A stretch of DNA of 21,648 bases from a virus, in IMG/VR virus record IMGVR_UViG_3300015608_001846, positions 1-21,648 of that record; one strand, 5' to 3'. Position 1 is the stretch's first letter, and every line of letters starts with the position of its first letter. The notes beneath the pieces were generated by a model. That model was not told where the DNA came from and did not search any database. It saw only the letters and a program-made list of their open reading frames with translations. Below, one piece after another: positions 6,933 to 14,379 of the stretch. The position numbers were made by a program, and so were the translations under genes.

Positions 6933-7020
6933 ACCTATAGGTCTCTCTAACCGCAAGTTTCGGTCACTCGAGTGACCCACGAATAACTTTCAATTGATTG
7001 ACCATGGCTTCTTAATTAAG
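6933..7020. promoter_or_regulatory. divergent control region with three perfect palindromes
   Basis: Lies in the 181-nt gap between divergent genes (6900 minus, 7082 plus). Contains ACCTATAGGT (6933-6942), GGTCACTCGAGTGACC (6962-6977) and CTTAATTAAG (7011-7020). No confident -35/-10 pair could be called. Confidence 0.35.
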
Positions 7021-7081
7021 CATTTGTCTGTTGTCTCGAGGGACACGAGTGGGCTACAAGTATTCATCGTGAAATCGTGGC

Positions 7082-7339
7082 GTGGCGACGGATGCAACAG
7101 CCACGACGTGTGAATACAGTAGATGCATGTGGTACGATCTGCTGCGCTTGTTGGCTGACATCTTCGACCGACTGGGCTTCAAGAACACCGCGATGAGGCT
7201 GTTGCTGCTAACGTGTGAAGACATCGACGAATCTGGCGCGCGACGGGTGCAAACTGTCTTCGAGGATGAAGACGCGCTAGCTGAACTCGCTGGACACCCA
7301 GTCCTGGCTGTCGTTCACCTCGAGGGAGACGTCAACTGA
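7082..7339 (+). CDS. hypothetical protein (85 aa)
   Basis: GTG start. The stop is 1 nt before the phosphatase ATG, suggesting co-transcription. Leu/Asp/Glu-rich and helical; no family recognised. An internal ATG (MWYDLL) is an alternative start. Confidence 0.5.
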   Translation: MATDATATTCEYSRCMWYDLLRLLADIFDRLGFKNTAMRLLLLTCEDIDESGARRVQTVFEDEDALAELAGHPVLAVVHLEGDVN

Positions 7340-7340
7340 C

Positions 7341-8123
7341 ATGGCAACCCGGCGAACGATCGTCATCGGTGACCTACACGGTTGTCTCGATGAAGCCGTA
7401 GAGCTGCTTGATCGGGCCCAGGCGAGCGCGGCGGACCGTGTCATCTTCTTGGGTGACCTGATCGACCGCGGACCCAATCCTGCTGGTTGCGTCGACCTGG
7501 CCATGGCGATCGAACAGCGACAGGGCGCCCCGGCGTGCGTCCTCGGCAACCACGAAGAGAAACACCTCGAATACCGACGCATCGAGTCGACCCGAGGCAA
7601 GGTCGACGTCGGCAAGCCCACCCACGTAGCAACGAGGGCGCAGCTACGTCCAGAACACTATGGGTACTTTGCGCAGCTGCCGCTGTACATCCGCCTACCT
7701 GAGTTCACAGCGGTCTGCGTACACGCAGGAGCGTTTCCCAATCGATCGATCGAGAAGCAGGAACCAAGGCACCTGCTCCACGCACAGATGCTTCGACCTT
7801 ATGTCACCGACGAGTTGGGCATCCGACATGTCAACACGAAGACCGTCTGGCCTAGCAGGGTGCCCAAGGGCGAAGAAAACGCCTGGCATTTCTGGACGCA
7901 GTACTGGTCGGGACCTGAGACAATCATCTTCGGACACAGCGTCCTAGATAGACCTCTCATCACCGACAAGGCCATCGGCCTAGACGGTGGGTGTTGTTTC
8001 GGTCGGGAGCTGTGGGGGTTGATCCTGCCCAGCAAAGAGATCGTTCGTATCCGTGCTCGACATCCTTCCAATGAGGACGACGCTAGCTGGCACCGCGTGC
8101 ATGGAAAGGTTCGAACGCGCTGA
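7341..8123 (+). CDS. PPP-family metallophosphoesterase (lambda Ser/Thr phosphatase / PrpE-ApaH-like)
   Basis: Canonical motifs in order: IGDLHGC, FLGDLIDRGP, LGNHE, CVHAG, IFGHS. Confidence 0.9.
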   Translation: MATRRTIVIGDLHGCLDEAVELLDRAQASAADRVIFLGDLIDRGPNPAGCVDLAMAIEQRQGAPACVLGNHEEKHLEYRRIESTRGKVDVGKPTHVATRAQLRPEHYGYFAQLPLYIRLPEFTAVCVHAGAFPNRSIEKQEPRHLLHAQMLRPYVTDELGIRHVNTKTVWPSRVPKGEENAWHFWTQYWSGPETIIFGHSVLDRPLITDKAIGLDGGCCFGRELWGLILPSKEIVRIRARHPSNEDDASWHRVHGKVRTR

Positions 8124-8137
8124 GATCAGCGTCTGTG

Positions 8138-8183
8138 TGGCACAGAATTAATGATCTTGCTAGCAAGATGTGTGCCATTGTTA
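8138..8183 (+). terminator. compound hairpin downstream of the phosphatase gene (possible terminator or operator)
   Basis: Outer stem TGGCACA (8138-8144) / TGTGCCA (8171-8177) encloses the perfect 16-bp palindrome ATCTTGCTAGCAAGAT (8154-8169). It is followed by TTGTTA, similar to the TGTTT tail of the 3857 terminator. Confidence 0.4.
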
Positions 8184-8216
8184 AACATCAATCGAATATT
8201 CTCATGAAGGGTGTGA

Positions 8217-8435
8217 ATGAAAGCTGGAGCGCGGGTGAAGATGTCAGCTTCCTTCAAGACCAAGATGCAGGAGGCTGACATGCAGGCACATGTCGATGAA
8301 TTTGGGCGCTGTACCAGTGTCGTGCTCGGGCTGACTGCCTATGATCCGGATCATCTGGGACCCGAGGTCGACGTCCGCTGGTTGCCGTCGAACCTGAAGT
8401 ATGCGTACTCACCCGATGACCTCGTCAACGCTTGA
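8217..8435 (+). CDS. small beta-rich protein (72 aa)
   Basis: ATG preceded by GAAGGGTG. KAGARVKMS...VVLGL...EVDVRWLPSNLKYAYSPDDL has the same small SH3/DUF4314-like flavour as 922..1134. Confidence 0.5.
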   Translation: MKAGARVKMSASFKTKMQEADMQAHVDEFGRCTSVVLGLTAYDPDHLGPEVDVRWLPSNLKYAYSPDDLVNA

Positions 8436-8652
8436 AACGTTTTTCAACGCGAGGAACCAACTGCGTAGGTTCCTGTTCGTGAGCTCGCTGCTCCTCATCG
8501 TCTTCGACGCTGTTGTTTGGGCCCAACCCGGGCGGCGGTTCAATCCTCGCGTCGGTGCTGAGACCCTTGGCACCCAACCCGGCGTTGTAGCGCATGTTAC
8601 GCTCAACCTCTTCGCGAACAAGTTCGCGAAGCCTGCTTAGAGTCAACAGCAT
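8425..8652 (-). CDS. small acidic protein with N-terminal LRxLVRE-NMRY module
   Basis: MLLTLSRLRELVREEVERNMRYNAGLG..., then a Pro/Gly/Glu-rich tail. ATG 8652 is preferred to the adjacent TTG 8655. Shares LRxLVRE with 6438..6722, and both LRxLVRE and NMRY with the NUDIX N-terminus. No clear RBS. Confidence 0.5.
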   Translation of the reverse strand: MLLTLSRLRELVREEVERNMRYNAGLGAKGLSTDARIEPPPGLGPNNSVEDDEEQRAHEQEPTQLVPRVEKRFKR

Positions 8653-8663
8653 CAAGGTTAACT

Positions 8664-9011
8664 ATGCCTACAGTAACGACTGTCGTTCAAGACCTGAAAA
8701 AACTACAGGCACAAGGTCGCTTCGTTCCTGGCAACCTGCTGAGGTTACGTGGCTACATGCTACGTGCTTGGGAATCAAAAAACATACGAGGCGAGACAGG
8801 AATGTTTGTCAGAGGAGGCACGTGTGGTGTCTTGTTGACAGCAGAGGCTGTCGCTGCGCCCAGCACACAAGTTCGACTGCAGCTACTGATAAACGACAGG
8901 CTGCTCTGGTTTTCGCAAAACGTCAATCACCTTGATCTAATCTGGTCGATCGAAGACGCTCCCGGTGTCCGACCTTCAGAAGGAGAGGTTGGTCACCGCA
9001 GCGAGCCTTGA
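8664..9011 (+). CDS. small PG(N)L-motif protein, SH3-like paralog family member
   Basis: ATG with AAGG 6 nt upstream. Contains RFVPGNLLRLRGY, CGVLLTAEAV and LQLLINDRLLWF in the family order. The C-terminal 36 nt overlap the convergent minus gene. Confidence 0.45.
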   Translation: MPTVTTVVQDLKKLQAQGRFVPGNLLRLRGYMLRAWESKNIRGETGMFVRGGTCGVLLTAEAVAAPSTQVRLQLLINDRLLWFSQNVNHLDLIWSIEDAPGVRPSEGEVGHRSEP

Positions 9012-9416
9012 ACTCGACGTGCGAGTAGACGTTGTTGATTGCGCCTCAGCCGAGGCAACCTTTTTGAGGTCCGCAACGTACGCAAGGAATTCCTTGCATG
9101 CAGCACGCTCAGAGCGCCCGTTTTTTCCCAACACGTGCAACAGCGTCGTCACAATGATCGCAAAGGTATGCATCAATGCCAGGCTGACGACCAGCTGCGC
9201 AGTGCAGGTGCCCAACGACAACAACACTAGCATAAATGCTAGCGATGACAGCAACGCGCTGAGCCACGTCCACAACCTGATACGCAGTGCCATCGATTGC
9301 CGGCGGCAATCTAGGACGTTCTGGATCCGGAGGCTGACCTCCTTGAACTCAAGATCCTTGATCGATCGCCAGTCGATTTCACGTAACTTGTTCATCAAGT
9401 GTGCTTCGTCAATCAT
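8976..9416 (-). CDS. membrane protein with two predicted TM helices
   Basis: I prefer ATG 9416, which sits inside AATGATTGA and overlaps the GroEL stop by 8 nt. The hydrophobic stretch LWTWLSALLSSLAFMLVLLSLG...LVVSLALMHTFAIIVTTLLHVL is present. The opposite-strand ORF 8965..9423 looks less protein-like. Confidence 0.5.
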   Translation of the reverse strand: MIDEAHLMNKLREIDWRSIKDLEFKEVSLRIQNVLDCRRQSMALRIRLWTWLSALLSSLAFMLVLLSLGTCTAQLVVSLALMHTFAIIVTTLLHVLGKNGRSERAACKEFLAYVADLKKVASAEAQSTTSTRTSSSRLAAVTNLSF

Positions 9417-11040
9417 TCGTTGATTCCTCGCAGATGACAGCATCAAGGCTCAGGAACGTTGTCGCCACCGAAGCAGCGTGTTCCAAAGCAACGCGGCTGA
9501 CTTTCACCGGATCGACGACTCCAGCGTCGATCAAATTAACGTATTCCTGTGTTGCTGCGTTGTAGCCGCTGGGATCGCCGGCTTGGCGCTTCTTTAGCAA
9601 CTCGTTAAAGACAACGTCTGCTGATTGCCCAGCATTTGTCACGATGCGACGGAGCGGCGCACAACACGCTGCTCGGACCAGGTCGATCCCAGCCTGTGTG
9701 TCGCGGTCGTCAGCGACTGGTCGGTCAACTAGGTTTGACACGTTGAAAAGAGCGATGCCGCCACCAGGAACAATCCCTTCCTCAACAGCCGCCTTCGTCG
9801 CATTGAGTGCGTCCTCGATGCGATACTTGCGTTCGATCATCTCGATCTCAGTTGAACCTCCGACTCGGATCACCGCGACGCCAGACGCCAACCTAGCCGC
9901 ACGCATCTTGAGCTTGGTCAGCTCGTCGATTCCCAGGGTGACATCTGTCATCTGAGTTCGTAGTTCATCAACCCTTGCATCGATCGCAGCCTTTGTCAGG
10001 CCAGTGCCGACTAACGTTGAACATTTTCCATCGATGACGATCTTTTTAGCCTGGCCCAACATCGAAACGTCGAGCTTGTCGAGTGCCACTCCCGTCTTGC
10101 TGGAGACCAGTTGCGTCCCAGTCATGACGCAGATGTCAGCTAACATCTCGTCGCGGTGGGCCCCGTAACCTGGTGCTTTGACAGCAACGACCTTTAACCC
10201 CAACTTGACGCGGTTTAGCACCAACGCCTGCAAGGCCTCGCCTTCGACCTCGTCAGCAATGATGAGGAGTGGACGCTGCGACTGTGCAGCGCGTTCGAGG
10301 ACAGGCACCAGCTCACGTAGGTTGCTGAGCTTCTTGTCGGTGACAAGCACCAAGGCGTCGCTGTAGACGACTCGCATCCTATCAGGATCATTGACGAAGT
10401 AGGCTGACAGGTAGCCACGATCGAACTGCATGCCCTCGACGACGTCGAGAGATGTCGACATCCCTTTAGCGTCCTCGACAGTGATGATACCGTCAGCGCC
10501 CACGCGCTGCATCGCCTGTGAGATGAGCTCGCCGACGTGTCTGTCACCGTTTGCGCTAACTGTGGCGACCTGTTCGATCTCAGCGGCAGTGGAGATCTTC
10601 TTGGCGCTCGTACGGAGCTCGTCGATGCAACGGCGCAGCTCAACGTCGACGCCGCGGCACACTGCAACCGGATCATACCCCGCCTCGAGCAACTTGAGGC
10701 CCCCAGCGACCAAGGCCTGTGTCAGCACAGTCGACGTGGTGGTGCCATCACCGGCGACATCGTTAGTTCGACTAGCGGCTTCCTTGATCAGCTCTGCGCC
10801 CATCCTTGCGATGGGGTCTTTAAGGCGGATCGATCGACTGACGGTGACGCCGTCCTTGGTCGCAACAGGCGCTGATCCAGCACGTTGGATCAACACAGTC
10901 CGCCCACGCGGACCTAACGTACACGCAACAGCTTCAGCCGCTGTGTTTAACCCGACAAACAGGCCTTTCCGTGCTTCGGAAGAAAACAGCAACTTCGTTG
11001 TCGACGCAACCACCGGATCTTGATTGTCCATGCCTGTCAT
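9409..11040 (-). CDS. groEL: GroEL-type (group I) chaperonin
   Basis: 543 aa, collinear with bacterial GroEL: TLGPRGRTV, ATKDGVTV, NDVAGDGTTTSTVL, ITVEDAKG, VPGGGIAL. It lacks the C-terminal GGM repeat tail, ending in ...AVICEESTND. Confidence 0.95.
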   Translation of the reverse strand: MTGMDNQDPVVASTTKLLFSSEARKGLFVGLNTAAEAVACTLGPRGRTVLIQRAGSAPVATKDGVTVSRSIRLKDPIARMGAELIKEAASRTNDVAGDGTTTSTVLTQALVAGGLKLLEAGYDPVAVCRGVDVELRRCIDELRTSAKKISTAAEIEQVATVSANGDRHVGELISQAMQRVGADGIITVEDAKGMSTSLDVVEGMQFDRGYLSAYFVNDPDRMRVVYSDALVLVTDKKLSNLRELVPVLERAAQSQRPLLIIADEVEGEALQALVLNRVKLGLKVVAVKAPGYGAHRDEMLADICVMTGTQLVSSKTGVALDKLDVSMLGQAKKIVIDGKCSTLVGTGLTKAAIDARVDELRTQMTDVTLGIDELTKLKMRAARLASGVAVIRVGGSTEIEMIERKYRIEDALNATKAAVEEGIVPGGGIALFNVSNLVDRPVADDRDTQAGIDLVRAACCAPLRRIVTNAGQSADVVFNELLKKRQAGDPSGYNAATQEYVNLIDAGVVDPVKVSRVALEHAASVATTFLSLDAVICEESTND

Positions 11041-11077
11041 CGTACCTTACACGTGACAGATGTGCATCACACGACAA

Positions 11078-11374
11078 TCAGGTGCCCTTGATGACTCGAG
11101 TGTACAACGGTAGGCCTGCTTTCCACGCGACGGCAACGTGTCCGTCTCGGTAATCCTTGATCAGGGCATAGATGACTAGTTGTTGTTGCGCATCTTGGAT
11201 CGCGGCTGCATACTTCAATAGCTTGTGTTCAAAAAAATCGATGATGTTGGCTGTGTTAGCCATCGATGACTGTGACTTGTACATCACAAAGTCAGTACAA
11301 TGGGTGTTCTTTGCGTCAAAGGGCTTACGCATGACCGGAGTGCCTAGGCTGTTCATATCTATGAATCTTATCAC
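11078..11374 (-). CDS. hypothetical protein (98 aa)
   Basis: GTG 11374 preceded by GAAAG; ATG 11356 is an alternative. It occupies the position where groES would sit, but the sequence has no GroES-like pattern. Confidence 0.5.
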   Translation of the reverse strand: MIRFIDMNSLGTPVMRKPFDAKNTHCTDFVMYKSQSSMANTANIIDFFEHKLLKYAAAIQDAQQQLVIYALIKDYRDGHVAVAWKAGLPLYTRVIKGT

Positions 11375-11453
11375 CTTTCAATGAGACTCTGCTCGACCTA
11401 GGCACAATAAAACCGCGACATGCAGCTGTGCTCGAGCTCGTCAGGTTGTGGTG

Positions 11454-12818
11454 TCAATCGACGTCTTCGAAGACCTCAGGCGCTGAATCCTCGTCGGCAG
11501 AATCCAACACATGCTTGAGTTCATCGTCGCATTGAACAGCTTTCTTTAGGCTGTTGATGGCCCCGATATCACGGTAACGCGAAAGCTGCTCAACACGCTG
11601 GGCCAGCTCTACTGTCGACCTTGCGGCCTCTTCGGGCGTCATGAACGTTCGACGCTGGACATATTCCTGGATGAAGACGATGGGCCACGACTTGACCGTG
11701 TCGTACCCGTCAACGAACTTGCCCAACATGTGCTTGATGACACGTTCGTCCATCGCATCGACGAGGACATGTTCATCAAAGCGTCCTGGACGCAGGAGCG
11801 CAGCGTCAAGCTGGCTTCGATCGTTGACAGTTGCAATGATCAGCTTGACATGGCGCTTACAGTGCTCAAGCGTCTCCAACAAGGAGATCTGATCGTGCGC
11901 CCGATCAAGGTCGTCAAGGATGAGAGCGTCGGGCTCGAAAATGCTGATAGCCTCGAACAAGGTCGCACCGTCGAGGTGCGCTAGGTCAGAAACCCTGATG
12001 CGAAACGATCGCATCTTGAGGTTCTCAATCAATGTTCGCGCCATCGTCGATTTGCCCGTACCGGGTGGGCCGTACAAGATAACCGACCGATTGTAACCAG
12101 CGTCGATGCAACGCTGCAGGTATTTAGAATAACGCGTGGCCAGCGCCGACGGCAGCGGGTGGTTAGAATCATCGACCTCAAACAACACGTTGGCATCAGC
12201 GCCGCCACGCATGTTGAAAACATTGAGCTTTCGCATGACGAGCGACTGGGTGTGGTATTTTTCCCACAACAGACGCTTGATAACTCGTTGAGCGATGTCT
12301 ACGGTGTCAGTGTCAGCGTACACACGTTCGACGCTGTTGAACTTGGTGTTCTGAACCCATCCGAACCGGCTGCCTTCGACGTCGACCAGCTTGATGACGC
12401 TGTGTTCTTCAATCGTCTTGATGCTCCTTGTGGGATAGCCGCTCAGGGCATCAACGATGATCCGGCTGAAATCACGAGAGTAAAAATTCGACCACTCATC
12501 ACCTTGAAAATATGCGTCAGTGTACACCTCGCCGTCGTCGATGAGAATCTTTCCCGATTTCAACAACGCATTGAAACCAGTCCACCACGTGGGACTCTTG
12601 AGAAAAGGCGTGAAAACTTCGAAGATCTCAGACCCAGTGCGAATGGTGTGCTTGATCTGGTGTGTGTTGAGGTAGTTCATCACCTCTGACAAGAGGTTGT
12701 CCTTGCTGGAGAAGGCAGCCTTACTGCACTCGTTGAAGAACTTGTGCAGTTCACTTGTCACCCGCTGCGAACTGACAGGTTTGATACGTCTAGTGAAACC
12801 ATGATTAGTCTTAGACAT
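11454..12818 (-). CDS. classical AAA-family ATPase with unique ~240-aa N-terminal domain
   Basis: Walker A ILYGPPGTGKST, Walker B ALILDDLD (Asp where the catalytic Glu normally sits), sensor-1 IIATVN, and SRH with arginine fingers LLRPGRFD. The RBS ATAAGGTGGGCA matches the one at 922. Confidence 0.9.
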   Translation of the reverse strand: MSKTNHGFTRRIKPVSSQRVTSELHKFFNECSKAAFSSKDNLLSEVMNYLNTHQIKHTIRTGSEIFEVFTPFLKSPTWWTGFNALLKSGKILIDDGEVYTDAYFQGDEWSNFYSRDFSRIIVDALSGYPTRSIKTIEEHSVIKLVDVEGSRFGWVQNTKFNSVERVYADTDTVDIAQRVIKRLLWEKYHTQSLVMRKLNVFNMRGGADANVLFEVDDSNHPLPSALATRYSKYLQRCIDAGYNRSVILYGPPGTGKSTMARTLIENLKMRSFRIRVSDLAHLDGATLFEAISIFEPDALILDDLDRAHDQISLLETLEHCKRHVKLIIATVNDRSQLDAALLRPGRFDEHVLVDAMDERVIKHMLGKFVDGYDTVKSWPIVFIQEYVQRRTFMTPEEAARSTVELAQRVEQLSRYRDIGAINSLKKAVQCDDELKHVLDSADEDSAPEVFEDVD

Positions 12819-12845
12819 GTCTCTTGCCCACCTTATCCATTGTAA

Positions 12846-13763
12846 TCAAGCCTTTACACAACTCTCCATTAAGGCTTGTCCCATTGTCTTGAGGTAGTCG
12901 ACTCCGTACAGTGACCCACGCTCCAGGTCGTCTTCGAGGAATTTGGGTAACTTTTCATCACGATACCGCGCTGAAGCGATGCCCCACGCGATGGCGGCGA
13001 CGCTGTCGGTGTCGCCGCCCCACACCAACAACCTTTTCATGATGTCGGTCAGTGACGTTTCTTCGATGAGCAAGGTCGAAACCGCCCAAGCAGTGCACAT
13101 GCCCACTCCCAATCCCTTCTTGTCAGAGCGTGAGAGGCCGACAGGGCCCTTCCAGGGCCCATCAAACAATTTAACAGCTTCATTAAACTGGCCACAGTAA
13201 CCCAAAACGTCGACCAAACGTCGGCGGTCGTAGAGGGCAAAGTGTGACATCAGGGCGACGATGATCGCTGAGTTGACGCCACCCCAGCTGTTGTGTGTCG
13301 ACTGTGCTTGGACGATCGACGTTTCAATGACATCCTCAACGTGAGGCAGCGCGCCGATGGGCACCGCCCGCATCGCAGCTCCGTTCTTGTCCGACAAAGG
13401 CGACGTCAACAACCGCATGTGATTGGCTGAACGTGCCTCTTCCAGGATAGCCTGGTACGGGCGCGAGTAGCTGTCACGAGGGTCACGCTTGAAACACTCA
13501 AAGAACGCATCAGTGAAGTCGTGTGAGCTAGCTTTGTTTCTTCGAGCAACGATGACCTGTGCGATAGCCAGTGACTGCTGGGTGTCGTCTGTGTAGCTAC
13601 CCGGTGCCAGAGTGTGAAACCTTGGGTGTCGATGGAAGCGTTCGAGCTTCAACATCTCATCCAGCAGACCGGGTGCGTCTTTTTTCTTGACGTACTCGTA
13701 GCCCATTGCATACGCATCGCCTTGAGCGATCCTCAACAACATGTCATCATTGCGCCAGCGCAT
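12846..13763 (-). CDS. ADP-ribosylglycohydrolase (ARH/DraG family)
   Basis: Family signatures are present: N-terminal IAQGDAYAMGYEY, GSYTDDTQQSLAIA, and C-terminal WGGDTDSVAAIAWGIASA. Confidence 0.9.
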   Translation of the reverse strand: MRWRNDDMLLRIAQGDAYAMGYEYVKKKDAPGLLDEMLKLERFHRHPRFHTLAPGSYTDDTQQSLAIAQVIVARRNKASSHDFTDAFFECFKRDPRDSYSRPYQAILEEARSANHMRLLTSPLSDKNGAAMRAVPIGALPHVEDVIETSIVQAQSTHNSWGGVNSAIIVALMSHFALYDRRRLVDVLGYCGQFNEAVKLFDGPWKGPVGLSRSDKKGLGVGMCTAWAVSTLLIEETSLTDIMKRLLVWGGDTDSVAAIAWGIASARYRDEKLPKFLEDDLERGSLYGVDYLKTMGQALMESCVKA

Positions 13764-13788
13764 TTGTCTTCACTCATTGGTGGGTGTG

Positions 13789-14022
13789 TTACTGTTCTTT
13801 GTCAGTGATATCACCGATGTTGGGGTCATCAAAGACCTCGCGGTCAAAGCGCGTAGAGGCTGACTCCCGCTCGAACCGATCAACGATGTTCCACAGGTCG
13901 ACGCCAGGCGTGCCCAACGTCGACGTAGATCCAGGGTTGCTTAAGTACGAGTGCTTCCACTTCAACACCTGTCGCAGCACGTCCTTCACCGTCTGCGGCG
14001 GGTCCTTTTTGAGGAGTCCCAT
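13789..14022 (-). CDS. small acidic protein (77 aa), possible distant LRxLVRE-family member
   Basis: Co-directional within the minus operon. N-terminal TVKDVLRQVLKW helix followed by a Pro/Gly/Ser segment and an acidic tail, similar in layout to 6438..6722 and 8425..8652. Confidence 0.45.
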   Translation of the reverse strand: MGLLKKDPPQTVKDVLRQVLKWKHSYLSNPGSTSTLGTPGVDLWNIVDRFERESASTRFDREVFDDPNIGDITDKEQ

Positions 14023-14028
14023 CGGAGT

Positions 14029-14379
14029 TCAACCCCACCTTCGGTGAGGTCTGCGGTTGCGATCGATGCGATCGTTCACTATGTCCTCCATGATGCGTGC
14101 AGCCAACGAGAACAGGTCGTCTTCAGAGCGACTGCACCGGTTGTATTCACCCAACATCGTCCGACGACCCAGGTCGTCGAGGCCCAACCTTAACATCTCT
14201 TCCTGCAGCCAGTTGCCGATGCAGACAAGATTTCGTGTACGCGTGTCGCACGACCAGTTGGCAGGTCGACCGATCGAGTACGAAGAAAACAGGCGTGTTT
14301 GGTGTTGTTCGACCTGAGCAGCGATCGCTGCCGCTGTGTATGATTCAGTCATTTGGCGTTTTGCAGCAACAAACGTCAC
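14029..14379 (-). CDS. hypothetical protein (116 aa)
   Basis: GTG 14379 overlaps the Fpg/Nei stop (GTGA). An internal ATG (MTESYT) is an alternative start. No family recognised. Confidence 0.5.
   Translation of the reverse strand: MTFVAAKRQMTESYTAAAIAAQVEQHQTRLFSSYSIGRPANWSCDTRTRNLVCIGNWLQEEMLRLGLDDLGRRTMLGEYNRCSRSEDDLFSLAARIMEDIVNDRIDRNRRPHRRWG

Noticed and set aside
6925-6947. Resemblance of AAGACGATACCTATAGGTCTC to T7-class single-subunit RNAP promoters (AATACGACTCACTATAGGGAGA)
   Set aside because: There is only one copy in 21.6 kb, the match needs an indel, and the CTATAGG core is part of a palindrome. A phage RNAP promoter should recur upstream of several operons. It is worth re-checking only if a T7-like RNAP is found elsewhere in the genome.
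8151-8207. 18-aa mini-ORF (MILLARCVPLLNINRIFS) in the 8124-8216 gap
   Set aside because: It has no RBS and coincides with the hairpin and palindrome. It is more likely RNA or DNA structure than coding.
8965-9423. 152-aa plus-strand ORF
   Set aside because: It has Ser/Arg/Cys-rich odd composition and would converge head-on into groEL. The minus ORF has clear TM helices and a coupled start at the groEL stop.
9644-11023. Alternative-frame ORFs inside groEL (9644..9955, 10215..10676, 10430..11023, 10537..10875)
   Set aside because: They are embedded in an unambiguous chaperonin gene, and their composition is Ser/Thr/Arg/Ala-rich shadow.
11078-11374. Possibility that the 98-aa ORF upstream of groEL is groES
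   Set aside because: The size and position fit, but the sequence shows none of the GroES pattern: no mobile-loop GG..L, no VGD.V. It is kept as hypothetical.
12159-12689. 176-aa plus-strand ORF
   Set aside because: It is antisense to the AAA ATPase N-terminal domain within a continuous, RBS-supported minus gene.
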